Assembly: GCA_963924565.1 (NCBI GenBank) | Contig: OZ004611.1 | Coordinates: 27,218,001 to 27,282,000, forward strand | Source of the DNA: Ascidiella aspersa | Taxonomy: Eukaryota | Length of the DNA: 64,000 nucleotides | Direction of reading: 5' to 3' | Shown: positions 10,911-23,872 of the stretch, piece by piece | Layout of the letters: each line of letters begins with the position of its first letter | How positions within the stretch are numbered: the stretch's first letter is position 1 | Notes under the pieces: model-generated | Databases searched by the model: none | The model's input: the letters and a program-made list of their open reading frames with translations, nothing else | Told to the model about the DNA's origin: nothing | Position numbers and translations under genes: made by a program

Positions 10911-12509
10911 TCTGATCCTGAAAAGTTCGACTCCTCGTTTTTTTTCACTGCCTTTTTTCCTTTTTTTTTCGCATGCCTTTTTTTCATTTTTTGTTGTTGT
11001 TGTCTCCTCTCTTTCTCTCCCGCTGCCAGCGTTTTAAACAGTGAAGCGCCATTTTCCTGCGTGCGTAAAGCAAAGTGCGTATTTGTTCTTTGTGTAAAGA
11101 CGGGTTGTTCTGAAACAATGAAAACTTTTTTGATCCAATTATTTAAAATTAAAAATATTCAGGTCAAATTGTGCAAAGCTTCTTCGAATATGCTTTCTAC
11201 AAATCGTCTGGTCGTACTAACAATTTGTGTTACACAAATGAACATCTTACAAACAGTTAGCCTATCATTTTTATCAAAGCATGTTTATTGTTCACTTTTA
11301 ACAATGGTTCTGTCATATCACTATATATTGATTCCGTATCAGCCATTAAAACGCCACTACTCCAGAAAAATAGTTCATATTCAATTTAATGGTCCAACTG
11401 TCACACTTCTTGCTTCACGCTGTAGCTTTATAGTTTGTAAAGTACGTGCTCGTTTAGTTTTTATTTTAAAAAATATGCCGTATCGAATATGTACCCCACT
11501 GATCTCGATTTCGAATTCTGGCAGAATGGTCGATGCCCAAACGAAATGGCGCAATTCGTTAGAACAATTTCTCACGCCGTTTGCCTTAATCGTGTTGTGA
11601 AATAGGAAAATTCAAGACTTTTCCGGCGGCATTCAACTGGAAGACCAACATGAAATAAAACGGTCCCTCTTATCGCGAATGGTATTGCCGAAATCGTGTT
11701 CTTCTCCTGTTGTTGTTTTTGCCACTTGTTATACGTACCTTAATAGTTCTCTAGTACCTTTCTTCATTGCCTGACCTGAGTACTGCTGCACCGAAACAAT
11801 TACCAACGCTTTTTCTATACTGAGCTCCCGTGCCATTTTAGCAAAACCGCGCCGTTTTTTTTAATGTACTGCCATTTTTTTCTGTAACAAATCCAAGATC
11901 GACCAGAAATGTGTAGCAGACTTCACTGGTACTGTGACCCAAGTGTTAAGGCGCTTGTAAAAAAGCCTTTGCAGACGTTTCGATGAGAATTTTCGTTTAC
12001 TGTAACAAAGTTTCGTTTTGCGGGATGGGGATATTTTGAAATTTTGAAGCAACAATTAAAGCGAAGCTTATCCATTATCCAACCAACGTTTACCACAATT
12101 TTTTTTTGTCCTGTTGCAATTTAATGATAATTAAAATCAAGTCTTGATAATTCTGAGTATTTTAAACCGCAATTTGAGGCCGTTATCCGTTTGAAAACCT
12201 TTTTTTTTTTACGAATAGAGTCGTTTTCGTTCGTGAAACAGCTCGTAATCTCGTTTGTTTCTCGGTCATTCGCCGCCCTATCACTGCTGTTAGTAGCTTT
12301 TCATACATATTCACGGTGCTCCTTTTCATTTTTCTGTTCACACCACTGCCCCTACGTCACTTCGCTTCTCGAGCGAACACCTTTCAGTCGGGATGTTCGA
12401 TAATATCGGATCAGAGCCGATAACCGATGCAAAATTAATTTATCCTTTCAAGTCATGATTTGCAACCTAACTGAGAGTTTTCCACTTAAGAAGTTTAATA
12501 GGGCTAGAA

Positions 12510-12637
12510 CCAAATTTTGACCGCTAAAGCAAAATTTTGAGCGCGAAAACAAAAGTTTGGGCGTATAAGAAAAATTTTGAGCGCTATATCAAACTTTTGA
12601 GCGCTAAAGCAAATTTTGAGCGCTAAATTAAATTTTG
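12510..12637. repeat. ~20-bp minisatellite (AAAATTTTGAGCGCTAAAGC, ~6 copies)
   Basis: Degenerate tandem units read directly. Confidence 0.85.
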
Positions 12638-12971
12638 CTTAACAAACTGGAAAGCCTTAAGTTTACACGTTTCAGTTTGATCAGTGCTTATCTCCCATAG
12701 AGAAATGCCGCCATTTGTTAACGGATACTCTTTCGCCAAAAAGTCGGCACTAAAAACAAAATATCGGCCATCCCAACTCCAATTCACCACTGGTCCACGT
12801 TCATGTTTCCGCTCAAGTTTTCACGTTGTCCGTCGTTGCTTGTCCGCTTTTCCGTGCTTTCCGCCTTTCGCCGCTATCCAACTTTACCGCGGGTCGAGCC
12901 CTCGTTTCTTCACGCCACTCTCCCGTTTTCGTTACGCGATGTCGCTTAATGACGAAAGACAGTTTTTCGTA

Positions 12972-13462
12972 AAGAATGTCAAAGCCCATACAGAGGTAGA
13001 TATAATTTTTGACGTTTCGAAAAAATATTTATTCATTCTCAACATAGTCAATGTTTTACCTACTTCTGGGTGGTCTTTGATACTCTTACTACAACCTGCA
13101 ACCATAATACTCCACAGAGTTTTTTCGTAGAAGAATATTAAAGCCCATACAAAAGTAGCTCTCATTTTGAACGTTTCGAATAACTCTTTATTCAATATCA
13201 ACATAGACAATGTTACCTGCTTCTGTTTGGGATTTTATATTCTTACTATGTTTTACGACAAACTCCAACCATTATACTCCACAGAGTTTTTCGTAGTAAG
13301 AATATTAAAGCCCATACAAAAGTAGCTATCATTTTGAACGTTTCGAATAACTCTTTATTCAATATCAACATAGACAATGTTACCTGCTTCTGTGTGGGAT
13401 TTGATATTCTTAATACGTCTTACTTCAAACTCCAACCATTATACTCCACATGGTTTTTCGTT
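12972..13462. repeat. Tandem array of three ~165-bp units, each with an internal inverted repeat
   Basis: Units start aagaat(a/g)t(t/c)aaagcccataca at ~12972, ~13131 and ~13298. Units 2 and 3 are nearly identical. A solo related end lies at ~4301-4330. Confidence 0.85.
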
Positions 13463-14915
13463 CTCGCTCACAGCTCGCGCGAAGTAGTTTTTTTTTACGT
13501 GGCGTCCTTTTTTCTGCCCCTGCTGTCTCGTGACCTTTTTTAGAATGCTTGCACGTCCCCTTTTTGTCCTATCCCCGTAAGAATTGAATTGCGCGATTAT
13601 TCAATGAAGGGTAGCATGATTCGACAAACTCATACAGTGGATTGCCCATGTTTCGATAATAATATATTGATTATTGTTTTACAACTTCACAAATGCCATT
13701 TTAAAGGCCCTATCCAAGCAGAGCTGTGAAGTGGTATCATGATTTGTCGCAATCCTACCTTCCTATGTTTTGTAATTATCTTAGGCAAAAACTTTAGTAT
13801 TAAGGGTCCGAACGTAAAATAATCCCGACTAAATGTAGCTGTTAACTCGGTTAAGTTGATTGTTCTTTAGGTTTTTATATTTACGAACCGTCGTCTGCGT
13901 GTTCTTAAAAGTATAATATCGTACAAATGTATAATTTTTTTATAAAACAATAGTTTTTTTAGAACTCACTTTCTAGGTTATAATTCATTCAAACATCGTT
14001 GATTATTTTTTTGATCAATTTTTTTTCCGTTTGCGATTAGTTTTGATTTGGGAAATGCACTTCCGCTATTTTGTTGTTGAAAACAGTCGTTGAAACTGAA
14101 AAGCGTTTTTTAACGGTTTAAAGCTAGCATTTGATAAAATATGAATTAGACACTTTTTTAAGCGAAATGCGCGTTTGAAAGAAAAGAGTGCTAAACCACA
14201 TAAGGCCTATAGCACAGAGTTTCTCGGCCTCTGCGCGGTCACAAGGAACTAAACTAAAGCGCAAGAATAACACCAGAGCTTTAGCGACTCATTTATTTTT
14301 GCTGACGTTTTTTAAACAAAACAAATATAGGAAATTAGCATTAATCTTTGCGAATTTAATCAATATGAACCATGTCTTCGTAATCTAAGCAATGATCCCA
14401 AATATTGTCGAAATCTTGCTCAAAACTCAATGTATCTAAAGTAAAACTACAACACTCCGCAACCAAACGAAATCAACCGGTGATCCAAATTTAGGCTGCG
14501 ACGCATAGGTTAAGAAAAAAACACTGGCCCAAACAGCACAAAAAAAAATCCACGACCCTATAACATATCAAGTTCGAAAAAGACGAAAGTACCACTGCAA
14601 CACCGCTCTATTATACTCGTGTATTTTGCTGTCAAGCGCGCACACGTTTATCGGAATCGACACCCTTACTTAAAAACCTTCTTTTGTTTGTTTTTGGGAG
14701 GTGAGCACGTTTCTGCTGTTGTTCTGCCGAACCTGTCCCGGCGAGTCACACTGACCTATATTCTTCGCGCGACGTAGTTCGGAAATAAACCTTTCTTCGA
14801 AACATCGTCCATGTACTTGGCTAGTTTATGTTGCACACGAGATTGTTTGAAAGTACATCCACGATATGCCAGGCGTAGAAAGTTTAAGTTTGTTGTTAAT
14901 TTGAATGTTTTGAAT

Positions 14916-15214
14916 CAGTGGTTTTTAACCGGGGTGCCGCGGAACCTTTGGGGAGCCATTTCTAACGCTCAAGGGTGCCGAGAGATATTTGAGAATCTTT
15001 AAGAACCTGATTTTTGCTTAACTCTTGCAACTTTTTTTGTAAAGATTAGATAAAATCCAAATATGACCTAGTTCGTTATGTAGCGTTGATGTGGATGTTT
15101 GAGTTCCGTTGTGACATTCTAGTAAAAATAGCTACAGAAAAACCTTGTAGGGGGCCGCAATCTATTTATTATTTCTGAGGGGTGTCCCTAGCCATAAAGG
15201 GATAAAAAACACTA
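14916..15214. mobile_element. hAT MITE (family A)
   Basis: CAGTGGTTTTTAACCGGGGTGCCGCGG...AAAAACACTA. Shares gccatttctaa-gctcaagggtgcc and atctatttattattt with the 9022 copy. Confidence 0.8.
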
Positions 15215-16154
15215 GCCTAGTGGTTCTTCAATGTTGTCCAAGGCATTCTGCTCAAATTTACTTACGATAATTAAAGCCACAATTAAGGCAATATAGATTT
15301 CATTTAGCTCGCTTCCAGCACGCAGTTTTTAGGTTACGATTTAATATGACAAAGGAAGAAAATAACTTATGACAGCTTTAGGTAGGCTATATTACAGTGC
15401 TTAGGGCCAACAGCTGCTCGAGTATACAACAGGCTACGAAGCATAGTTGTAGAGTTATTGAAACAGCCGTCAGAATAAATGCAAACATATACATGGGAAT
15501 AGAAAAACGATTTTTTGACAGTTGAACGCACGTTTATGTAAAAGCATCAACACGAATCGCAAACCAACAACGAGTCTATTTTTTTCAAAGCGTTTGACCT
15601 TGGTGAATACAAAATAGGTTATTTTACTGTCCCAAAAGAGTTCATTGAGTCAGTAGTATAATTCGTATAAGGAAATGTTAGTGAACTAGCTTTTCACGTT
15701 TTTTTTGTAAAATATTATTGGTGTTTTCTAATTTTATGGATTAATCTTGGCTGCTGTTCCGAACAATTAATTAAACATAGCAAGGGTGCAATTTTTAAGA
15801 CTTTGGCTGGCTTAAGACATTTCAGGAGGGTTGTAAAACCAAAAAAATGAGAAGATAAATTAATGTAATAGGCTACGTCAAATTTCGGCGCGCTTAATTA
15901 TAAATCTCCCCATCTTCACCAGGCTCCTATTGATATTTGATGATAATGTCTAGTGTCGATCGACATATACGTCGTAGGTGTGCGCCAAACTTTTTTAGCG
16001 CTGTTGGTGTGCCGCAAGTTTAAATTCAGTTAAGACAATTTCCTCAGCTCAAAAATCAGTGTTTCTGTGATTAACAATGTTTCCCAGCTCCCAAGGGATA
16101 TTGCGAGAATCACAAAAATCAAAAAGCAGTAAGTATACAGTCTTATTTTCATCT

Positions 16155-19100
16155 CTACTCGGGGAAAGTCCCCTGGTGCTCGCACTCGCAGCTGTGGATT
16201 CTCTGGCTGTCCTCCCTTTCCTTAAAAACGTATCTGGTTCCGATGTAGAGCAATAGTTGAGGCGAATAGCGGCTCCAGGTCTTTAGTATCAGCATCAGGA
16301 GAAATGCGAGCAGCACAATGACGCAGATTATTGTCAGACCCACTGTCAGGTACATCATTGCGTTCAGACCCACGGGTGCTGCAATTTTGGGTAAAATTAT
16401 AATATTGTAGCATATGCCCTTAAAATATATGCTGTTACTGCTAGGCATCTAGTATATACCGAAAAGAAGAACTTATTTTCATTATTTGCCCCTTTTGTTG
16501 TTAAAGCAGGGGGTTTTTGGGCAAGATAAGTTGGGAATTTCTTTTTAATATTGTGTCTAAACGGTTGGTCGCAAATCGATACCATGACAATTTTCAGAAT
16601 TTATTGTTAAAATCTGCCAAGACATATGTGCTTTCAATTGAGAAAAAATTGATAGGGTTACACGCAGTGGTTAAATTAAGTCGGAACCGCGTTCAGGTAG
16701 AATGATTATTGCAGATGCCGTAATGGTAATTCATTCAGATAACAAAAATTTTCGTCGTTTTGGTAAGAAAATTGTTCTACCTCACCCTTGGTTACACGGG
16801 TTTGGTAACCGCAGATTTTTTTATTGACGTTGAAAATAGAAAATGCGCAATTTAGAGTGTGTTCCACAATTTCAGTAAGGCAGAAATAAAAAAAAACCTG
16901 CCGACCATTTTCAAGGATTTTACAAAGATGTATTTTAGGAAATTTATACTTTTTGGGAGCTGTTGGTTTAAGTCACTTTGAATAAAATTAAAATTAAAGT
17001 GTTTGATCGACGTAAGTTTTTGTAATTTATATAAGTAAATGTGACGAAGACGCAATATACTTACAAGCGCACGCCATTTTTTCCGCCGAGAAAAACCTGT
17101 TCTTGCCGCAGCCGCAAAAAAATCGGCCAGTAACGTTTGCGCAAAAATCCCAGAATTGTTTTTCCTTCAAAAAAACAACAATATATCATTTTAGGTAAAG
17201 CTCGGGACTACATGAAAATAAATTGGTTCTTAAAGAGGTTTTAAATATGCAAAATTTTACTAATGATTTCAACTTACTTGACATGATTGACTTGTCACGC
17301 GAGGCTGCTGTTTCGCGTTACAATCCTGAAACAAACTCATAATTTTTCTTCCACTCAATCGTGTAAAACTTTTAGTTTGTGCCAGTGTTGCAAACAAGAC
17401 TTTTCAAAAATGACTTGAGCCCCAGTCCAGTTATTTGTAAAACAAAAACTTAATTCCAAGTTAAGTCATAATTAGAGCAAGTCAATTTAAGTCACATTCT
17501 TGTCGAGTAAATTAAACGTTAAAATACTAAAATTGGTCAATTGGTCCGATTATTAAGCTACCTCTACTAAAAAATAGCAAAAACCCAACATCTTACAAGC
17601 AAATTGTTTTACGTACAAAACTTAAGATAAATAACTCAATTTTATAATGACAAATGCTTAATGAAAACATTTTATTTCAACCCAAGTCATTTGTCATTCG
17701 TCCGAATAACTTAAGTCAAGTAAAGTCAATTGTCCAAAAACTTAAGTCAAGTCAATTTATTACAGGAACTAGCATATATATACTCCTATTTTATGAAAAT
17801 AGTACTCCTATTTTATGTCAAACTAAAAAAATCAGAAAGAAGCATGCAGACGCAGGTGATGCAATCGTGCAGTATTTGTTCCATATTTATGCTTCCTAAA
17901 AAAGTTGTCTGCTGCAGATATTTTAAGTTAACTTTTAACTCAGTCTTACTATGTAGTGAAACTTGTCAGTTGCCACATGTCCACTGATTAGGCTCAGTCG
18001 GCAGTCCCCGAGTAGTTCATGCCGCAAGTCGGTTGCACATTGGGTCTTCACTGTATCACAATACTCGGTGAGATTGTCAAACATCTCACATTTGACGCCA
18101 CCTCTTTCGCTATATCTTCCCAAAACAAAAAAAATCGTGGCAGAGTTTCATGAAATTAAAATACGTTATTCGAGAAAAACTTTTTCGCATTTTAAGAAAG
18201 CAAGGTTCGATCTTACAAACTAATAGTAGCTTAAAATAACAAATTTTGTGAATATGAAAAATTATAGGAAATACTTGGCACATGTTAAACTTAGCCTAAA
18301 TGGTTGTAAATTGGCTAATTATATTTTAAAAGTAAATAAAGCAACTTTTTCGTTTATCAAAAGGGGACTATATCTGTTGTACGATAAAATATAATATTGT
18401 GTCTCTTTTTGAGAAAACAAGGTAGACCTAAATGTCGGTCTTTGTGGAAATATATCAATTACATCATGTCTTGTTCTCTGTGAACAAATTTATGAACCAT
18501 TGATTATTATCTCTACCTTTCAAAAGCATAAAGCATAGGACGGACGAATTCATTTGAACCTTCGGTTCTCACAATGCATCTCGGTTGTATGTCCTCCTGT
18601 TTTATCACAAAACATAAAATGGCGTCAATTTTATAACATTGTATGAAATATTTTACTTCATGTGATGCGTTAATTAGTTCCCTAACTTTGTGTAAAAGCT
18701 ATTATAATCACTACAATAATTATATTTGGGTATAACAAATATTTAAGTACATTTTTGTTGCTGTATCCTTACTTACATGTTACGATTACCGTATTGTGAA
18801 GCATGGAACTGACTTTTTACTATAAACACACTGAACGTACCAGCAAGGTTTGCATTTTGCCACATTTGTCAAAAGGTGGAAAATCAGATTTGGCAAAGTT
18901 ATCTCTCTCATTCTCTAATGTTTGCACCAGAGATTTTTCAGAGTGGCTCTTCGCTATCCAGCGGTACCTAAAATAAATACGGTAGCTTTATCAGCAGCCA
19001 CAAATTGCATTTGAAAAACAGAGTGAAAGACGCAGTTGTTTTTTTCATTGATAAAATATATTTAATTGCTTGAATGCCCAACGTTACAGTCATACCGCAA

Positions 19101-22100
19101 TAAGAAAAAACTTACAGAAAAAGTTTGAAACATGTTTAGCCTCAGCTGCAATATAAATTATCTAAATAAAGACTATTATTTGTGCCTGTCATATAGTAGT
19201 ATACCAATATAAATAAATCGTGTTGATCATACTTACTGCTTCGAGTAGTCTTTTGAAACCTCGCATTTTATTAGCACTGGCTTGTCTTTAGTGAAGGTGG
19301 TTGTTGAAAATTTCCTCACAGCAAAATACACTTCCAAGATGCTCGCCTTTTTGTTCACCTTAAATGTAATCTAAATGTCAATAAGCTATTGCTAGTTTAT
19401 GTTATTTTAAAACTAAAAAAACACTTGTATTTAATTTAATTTAATTTGATTCTTTAGTAGTCTGTACCGCACAATTTTTAATTTTGATTAATTCTTTTTG
19501 CAAAAGCTTTAGCTTTCTCGATCTTATAATTTCAATTAAGATAAAAGTTTTGCCAACTTAACCTCTATTCCAGGGCCTAGACTCTAGGCTGTATGAATTA
19601 CAAAAAGGTTCGTTACGAGGCTTATCAAAAATAGCAATGTGGTCAAAGTACTATAAGTATTGCAGTTTCACTTATGTTTAACTGTTAAAAAAATGTGAAA
19701 TTAAACGACACGGAAATTTTAAACAATACATCTAAAAAAATTACATTCCACACATCGCATTGACCATCAAAAAAATGGAAAATGTTTGAATTAATTTTGG
19801 CAATACAGCTTGAATTTAGTTGCTCCATGCGTGTCTCTCGTTCGTTTGACATGTACATCAGAAGGTCGCCAAAAGTAGGGTTCATTCGTCGAATGTCCAC
19901 CTCTCCTATGCTATTGGCAAAACAGTGTTTAAAGAAATTAAAACCGATTGAACTGAACACGATTTCTAGTAACTATACAGACTGCAATGAAAATCTAAAG
20001 TCGACTTTATAGCTGGGGTAACTTTTAAAATTGCCACAAATCTTCTGCAAAATCCATGACAGTTTCGATAACGCGCAAAAATATTAAAGCATTTTGTTTT
20101 TGTATTAACTTTCAGAAATTAATTTAGCAACAGCATGATTGTATTCCATTCTATGAAAAATGCGCAAGAGTATTGTCTTGTTTATGCTATCGAATTCTGT
20201 TATATTTTTCTGTGTTAACGTCACTCTTTTAAACCACTGGGAATAAGTGCCTTTACTTGCCAGCTGCTCTTTAATGAACAAAATAAAATTGTCGTTGCTT
20301 ACTTACGTCAATGTTATTGTTTCGTTGTCGACATTACAACTTGAAACTTCAGGAAGGCAATCTGAAAAGATTTTTTTATCCTGAATTAAGATCTTTAATA
20401 AAACGAGGGCCCCTGTTTCTATATATAGTCATGGCGTTAAGAGTGAACGAACACAATGAATATACATAAAGGATAGGCTATCTTGATCAAAAGAACCATA
20501 GGCCTACAGCCTTACACTTGTTATCTACCCACCGATTTAAAAAAAACATTATGTGTAATTTCATTCAAACCTCTGACTGAGAAACTTTCCGAATTAAAGG
20601 TTGGTAACAACTATAATGTCCATGGACAAGCCTACAGTAATGACCTAACCTGAAGCGGTGACCAATGCCCGGAAGACTCTACGCTTTCTGTTCGCACTGT
20701 ACCGCCGCTTTCTCCCGTAGGTTTGAAAGTGTACGATTGATTTGCGGCTCCAGGTGTTAAAAACAAAAGCTTCTTTTCGTCCGATCCATCTGCCGCTTGC
20801 TGAACTTGTAGGGTCGGGGCGAATCTGCTCGTGAAAACACTTGTTGTGCTTAAGAAAGGGTTTTAAAACCAAATAAAAAAGGGGTGGTAACTAACCCCAC
20901 CTGTTGCGGTCTTGCAACATCTCTAGCCGTTAGTAATTACTTAAAGAATACTAAATTAACACACTCAGTACCCCGACGGGTTTTAAACATTCGTGCATTT
21001 CATAGGCGCCGGTTACCACACTCTTTACCTCGCGAATCTGTGTATCACTATAGCATGTGAGGTCACGCGATTATTGTGAAATTGAGGCAAAATTGTTGGA
21101 TTATGTTTCGTTATTGTTTCAGTATGTATAAGTTTTTGTTAGAGAATGTTATAGATTGTTAGCATAGTATCGCTATGTATTGCTGCCGTTTTGAAGATAT
21201 GTTCTATGATAAAGGAAAATGTTATGTAAAAGTCTTGGATTATAGTAGTTGATTGTTTAGTCCATAATATATGTAAATTATTTCAATGCGCAAGCTCGTT
21301 GTTGTTGTATATAATTAATGATGGTAATTAAGTTTCTTGGTATTTCTGAGAATCAGGCAGATAGTCTTACTGAGGCAGAACATTAGCGCTAAGATAAAAT
21401 AACCAGAACTCACGCTAAATTGTTATTTACGATAAATATAAGGTCGTAAAATTGGTACCCGAGTATCGTAAAACCACCTATATCAACTCGTGTACTGCCC
21501 TAGTATTGCGATTTGTGATTCAAATGAGCCGCCAATTCTGCCAATGATTTAAATTTAGTGCTGCGATTTGCGACGTGTTGTTTCCTGCTAAAAAATAATT
21601 GAGATTTTGAAGTACACGTCTGTTTAAAATTTACCCTTAACTTTGAAAATTATGTCGTACCGATCGAAAAAGTGTATGTTATTAGATACAGCATGCCTGC
21701 CATTTAGAACGGACTAACAATTGAATTATTAGGTGATAAAAGTGAGCTAGAAAAATAATAGACCGTTATAGAAGCGTTATTTTGCGCTACTCGATATTGG
21801 ATCAATTAAAATATCTGGTAAATTCCATACCCTATACGTAAATTACTCAGAGGCATGACAATAACAACGTAAACTAAATCACTGTGGGTCAAATACAGAG
21901 TGGGCCAAAAGTAGGCTTACAGTTATAAAAAGTAGGGTTTGGGTCTAAAAGTAAATTTATTGTTTTGGGGTTCTTCTCATCAACCTTGTTCTTTACAACA
22001 CAACACCCCTAAAAAACGAAATCTATTGGTATCAGGTCAGATGAGCGTGGTGACCATTCAATGTTGCCTCTTCTTCCAAGCCAACGCAGTGGAATAACTG

Positions 22101-23872
22101 TAAACCTACTTTTGGCCCATAATATTTTTTTTTTATTGACACTCCTATTTACATTTAATGAGATAACTGTAGATGCGCCCTAATGTTATTCGCATTTAAG
22201 CCAAGCAGAAATCGCTTTACATTACGATGTAACGGGGCTTTGTAATTTCACAGACAAAGTTCGAAATTGAAGTTTGACGTGTCCACTTACCGTTACCAAG
22301 TCGCATTCGTTAATCTCGAACTCGGTGAAGTTGAATGAGATGCGACAGCGAGTCGGACTCGCCAGGATCCATTCCATTGACGAGTAACTCGGGTAACTCG
22401 GGTACTCTTGTGTAAAATTGGGGCTCGTCAGTTCGGTGGCAACAGAAGATTGGGAAATATTCAACACTCTTTTTGTAAGACTCTTTACTAAAAGCAAAAA
22501 AAATAACTGGCATTAAGATGCTATCTGTTTATAAAAAGGCATATTTTGATTGATTTGTCGGTGGTTTTTATGTCCACTCATTCAGTCTGAAAAAGGCGAT
22601 TTGAATAGGTTGCCGAAACGTTGGTTACCACTTACAATTACCAGCTGTTTTTGATTTATTATTATGCCTGGTAGAAACAGTTTATATGTCTTCAACCATT
22701 TGTCGTGTTTAGTTATTTTTACCAAACCAAGCAGCTTCAAAGTAATTTTTAACATTTCTCCCCGTGTTGCGAATCTTTATTACAACTGATGTACAAAAAT
22801 TGCAATTTTTTTAGTTTATGTGAGTATGGGTTGGTAACGTTTAAATTCAAATTGTTCTTACCACCACTTGCTTTCATGGTAAAGTTGTGAAAGTCTTTGC
22901 CTGGCTTGCAGCGAATATTCACCCAAGTTGTGTTAAGCGACATGACAGCACTATGTCGAAATGCTGCTTCACCGAAGCTTACAGACTCACTGCTGCTGGA
23001 ATTTATCTAAATATATAGGGATATTTTGTTTTAAAACTGTTGCACAAAAGTTTTATTTAACCTAACTGTATTGCGCATGTTCTTGTTACACTTTTCGTAC
23101 GAAAAATATCGTAGTTGTGAATGTGAGCCCCAATACATGTGTTGGCCTTTTTTCTTTCAGTGGTCTTTACACTTTAAAGTTTTAACATGTAGGCTATTTT
23201 GCAATTTGACTTAATCCAATTTTAGGTCGATTTCTAATTAGAAAAATTATATTTTAATCGCTAATTTGCGATAAGGTAAATAATTCTGTTATTACAATTA
23301 AGTATCTAAGTACCGGTATAGTATGAATTACATGAAGTATGAACATACAAGGTATAATTGGCTATACCTGACAAGAACCGTTCGTTCCAAGATGGCCACT
23401 TATAGGCACCAGTGAAATGTGTTGGTGGATTCTGCTCCTGTATTTAACCTCGTACACTTTGGCTCGCTTGGGTATGTTGTATTCCCTGTCGTCCCTGTAA
23501 CCTAATGTGCTACACCTTCGAGTGCGACCTGATTACCCAATAAACACTCATCATATTATGACAACAAAAAGTATTTTACTACAAATTTTGCAGGGTAAGG
23601 AATATCAGCGAAATTCCATGCCGTACTTAATTTGGTCAGTACAAAAGTCTTTAATGTCATTCAAAAAAATTCAGCATAATTATTTAAATCTATTTCTCAC
23701 TAGGGCGCGGAATTCGCGTAATTACTAAGATAATAATTTGAAAAAAATTTGATTGTAATAATTGTAACCTAGATTAACCAAAAATCTTCATTGCAGTGAA
23801 CTTTACCAAAATACCTTGTTCTGCAAGTATTAACAAAACTCCGAATATAGCGACTTCGGGAACAGTCAACAT
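16155..23872 (-). CDS. Type I membrane/secreted protein: signal peptide, 2 CUB-like, divergent ZP-like, Cys-rich, EGF-like, TM (CUZD1-like / egg-coat-type architecture), ~629 aa
   Basis: 15 phase-consistent exons (minus strand): 23872-23815, 23528-23368, 23006-22862, 22487-22291, 20824-20650, 20361-20307, 20044-19979, 19910-19745, 19358-19237, 18967-18841, 18596-18517, 18115-17950, 17325-17278, 17164-17065, 16378-16155. Total 1890 nt, no internal stop. Signal peptide MLTVPEVAIFGVLLILAEQG; an in-frame upstream ATG lies at 23914. CUB: LTSPNF..YPS..SMEWIL...ISFNFTEFEINECDLVTI. ZP-like: LDFHCSL, FGDLLMY, SCIA..FFDGQC, VLIKCEV. EGF: CANVTGRFFCGC...C. TM: YLTVGLTIICVIVLLAFLLMLIL. Some acceptors have in-frame alternatives (19370, 20412/20418, 18109). 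Confidence 0.8.
17410..17760. repeat. AAGTCA-rich degenerate repeat (probable DNA transposon remnant)
   Basis: Multiple aagtca(a/t) units. A similar patch lies at ~43370-43520. Confidence 0.4.
21896..22119 (-). mobile_element. Tc1/mariner (rosa/DD41D-like) internal-deletion derivative with transposase remnant
   Basis: TA|CAGAGTGGGCCAAAAGTAGGCTTACAGTTAT and the inverted ATAACTGTAAACCTACTTTTGGCCCA. The minus strand translates PLRWLGRRGNIEWSPRSSDLIPIDFVF*GCCVVKNKVDEKNPKTINLL, matching the RWIGRRG..WPPRSPDLTPLDFFLWG..K.KVY transposase motif. Confidence 0.88.

Noticed and set aside
11061-11600. 179-aa ORF after the R3HDM stop
   Set aside because: GTG start, no recognisable motif, AT-rich composition; most likely 3' UTR.
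12510-13462. Repeat arrays as CRISPR-like loci
   Set aside because: Eukaryotic context, degenerate tandem units without unique spacers, no cas genes.
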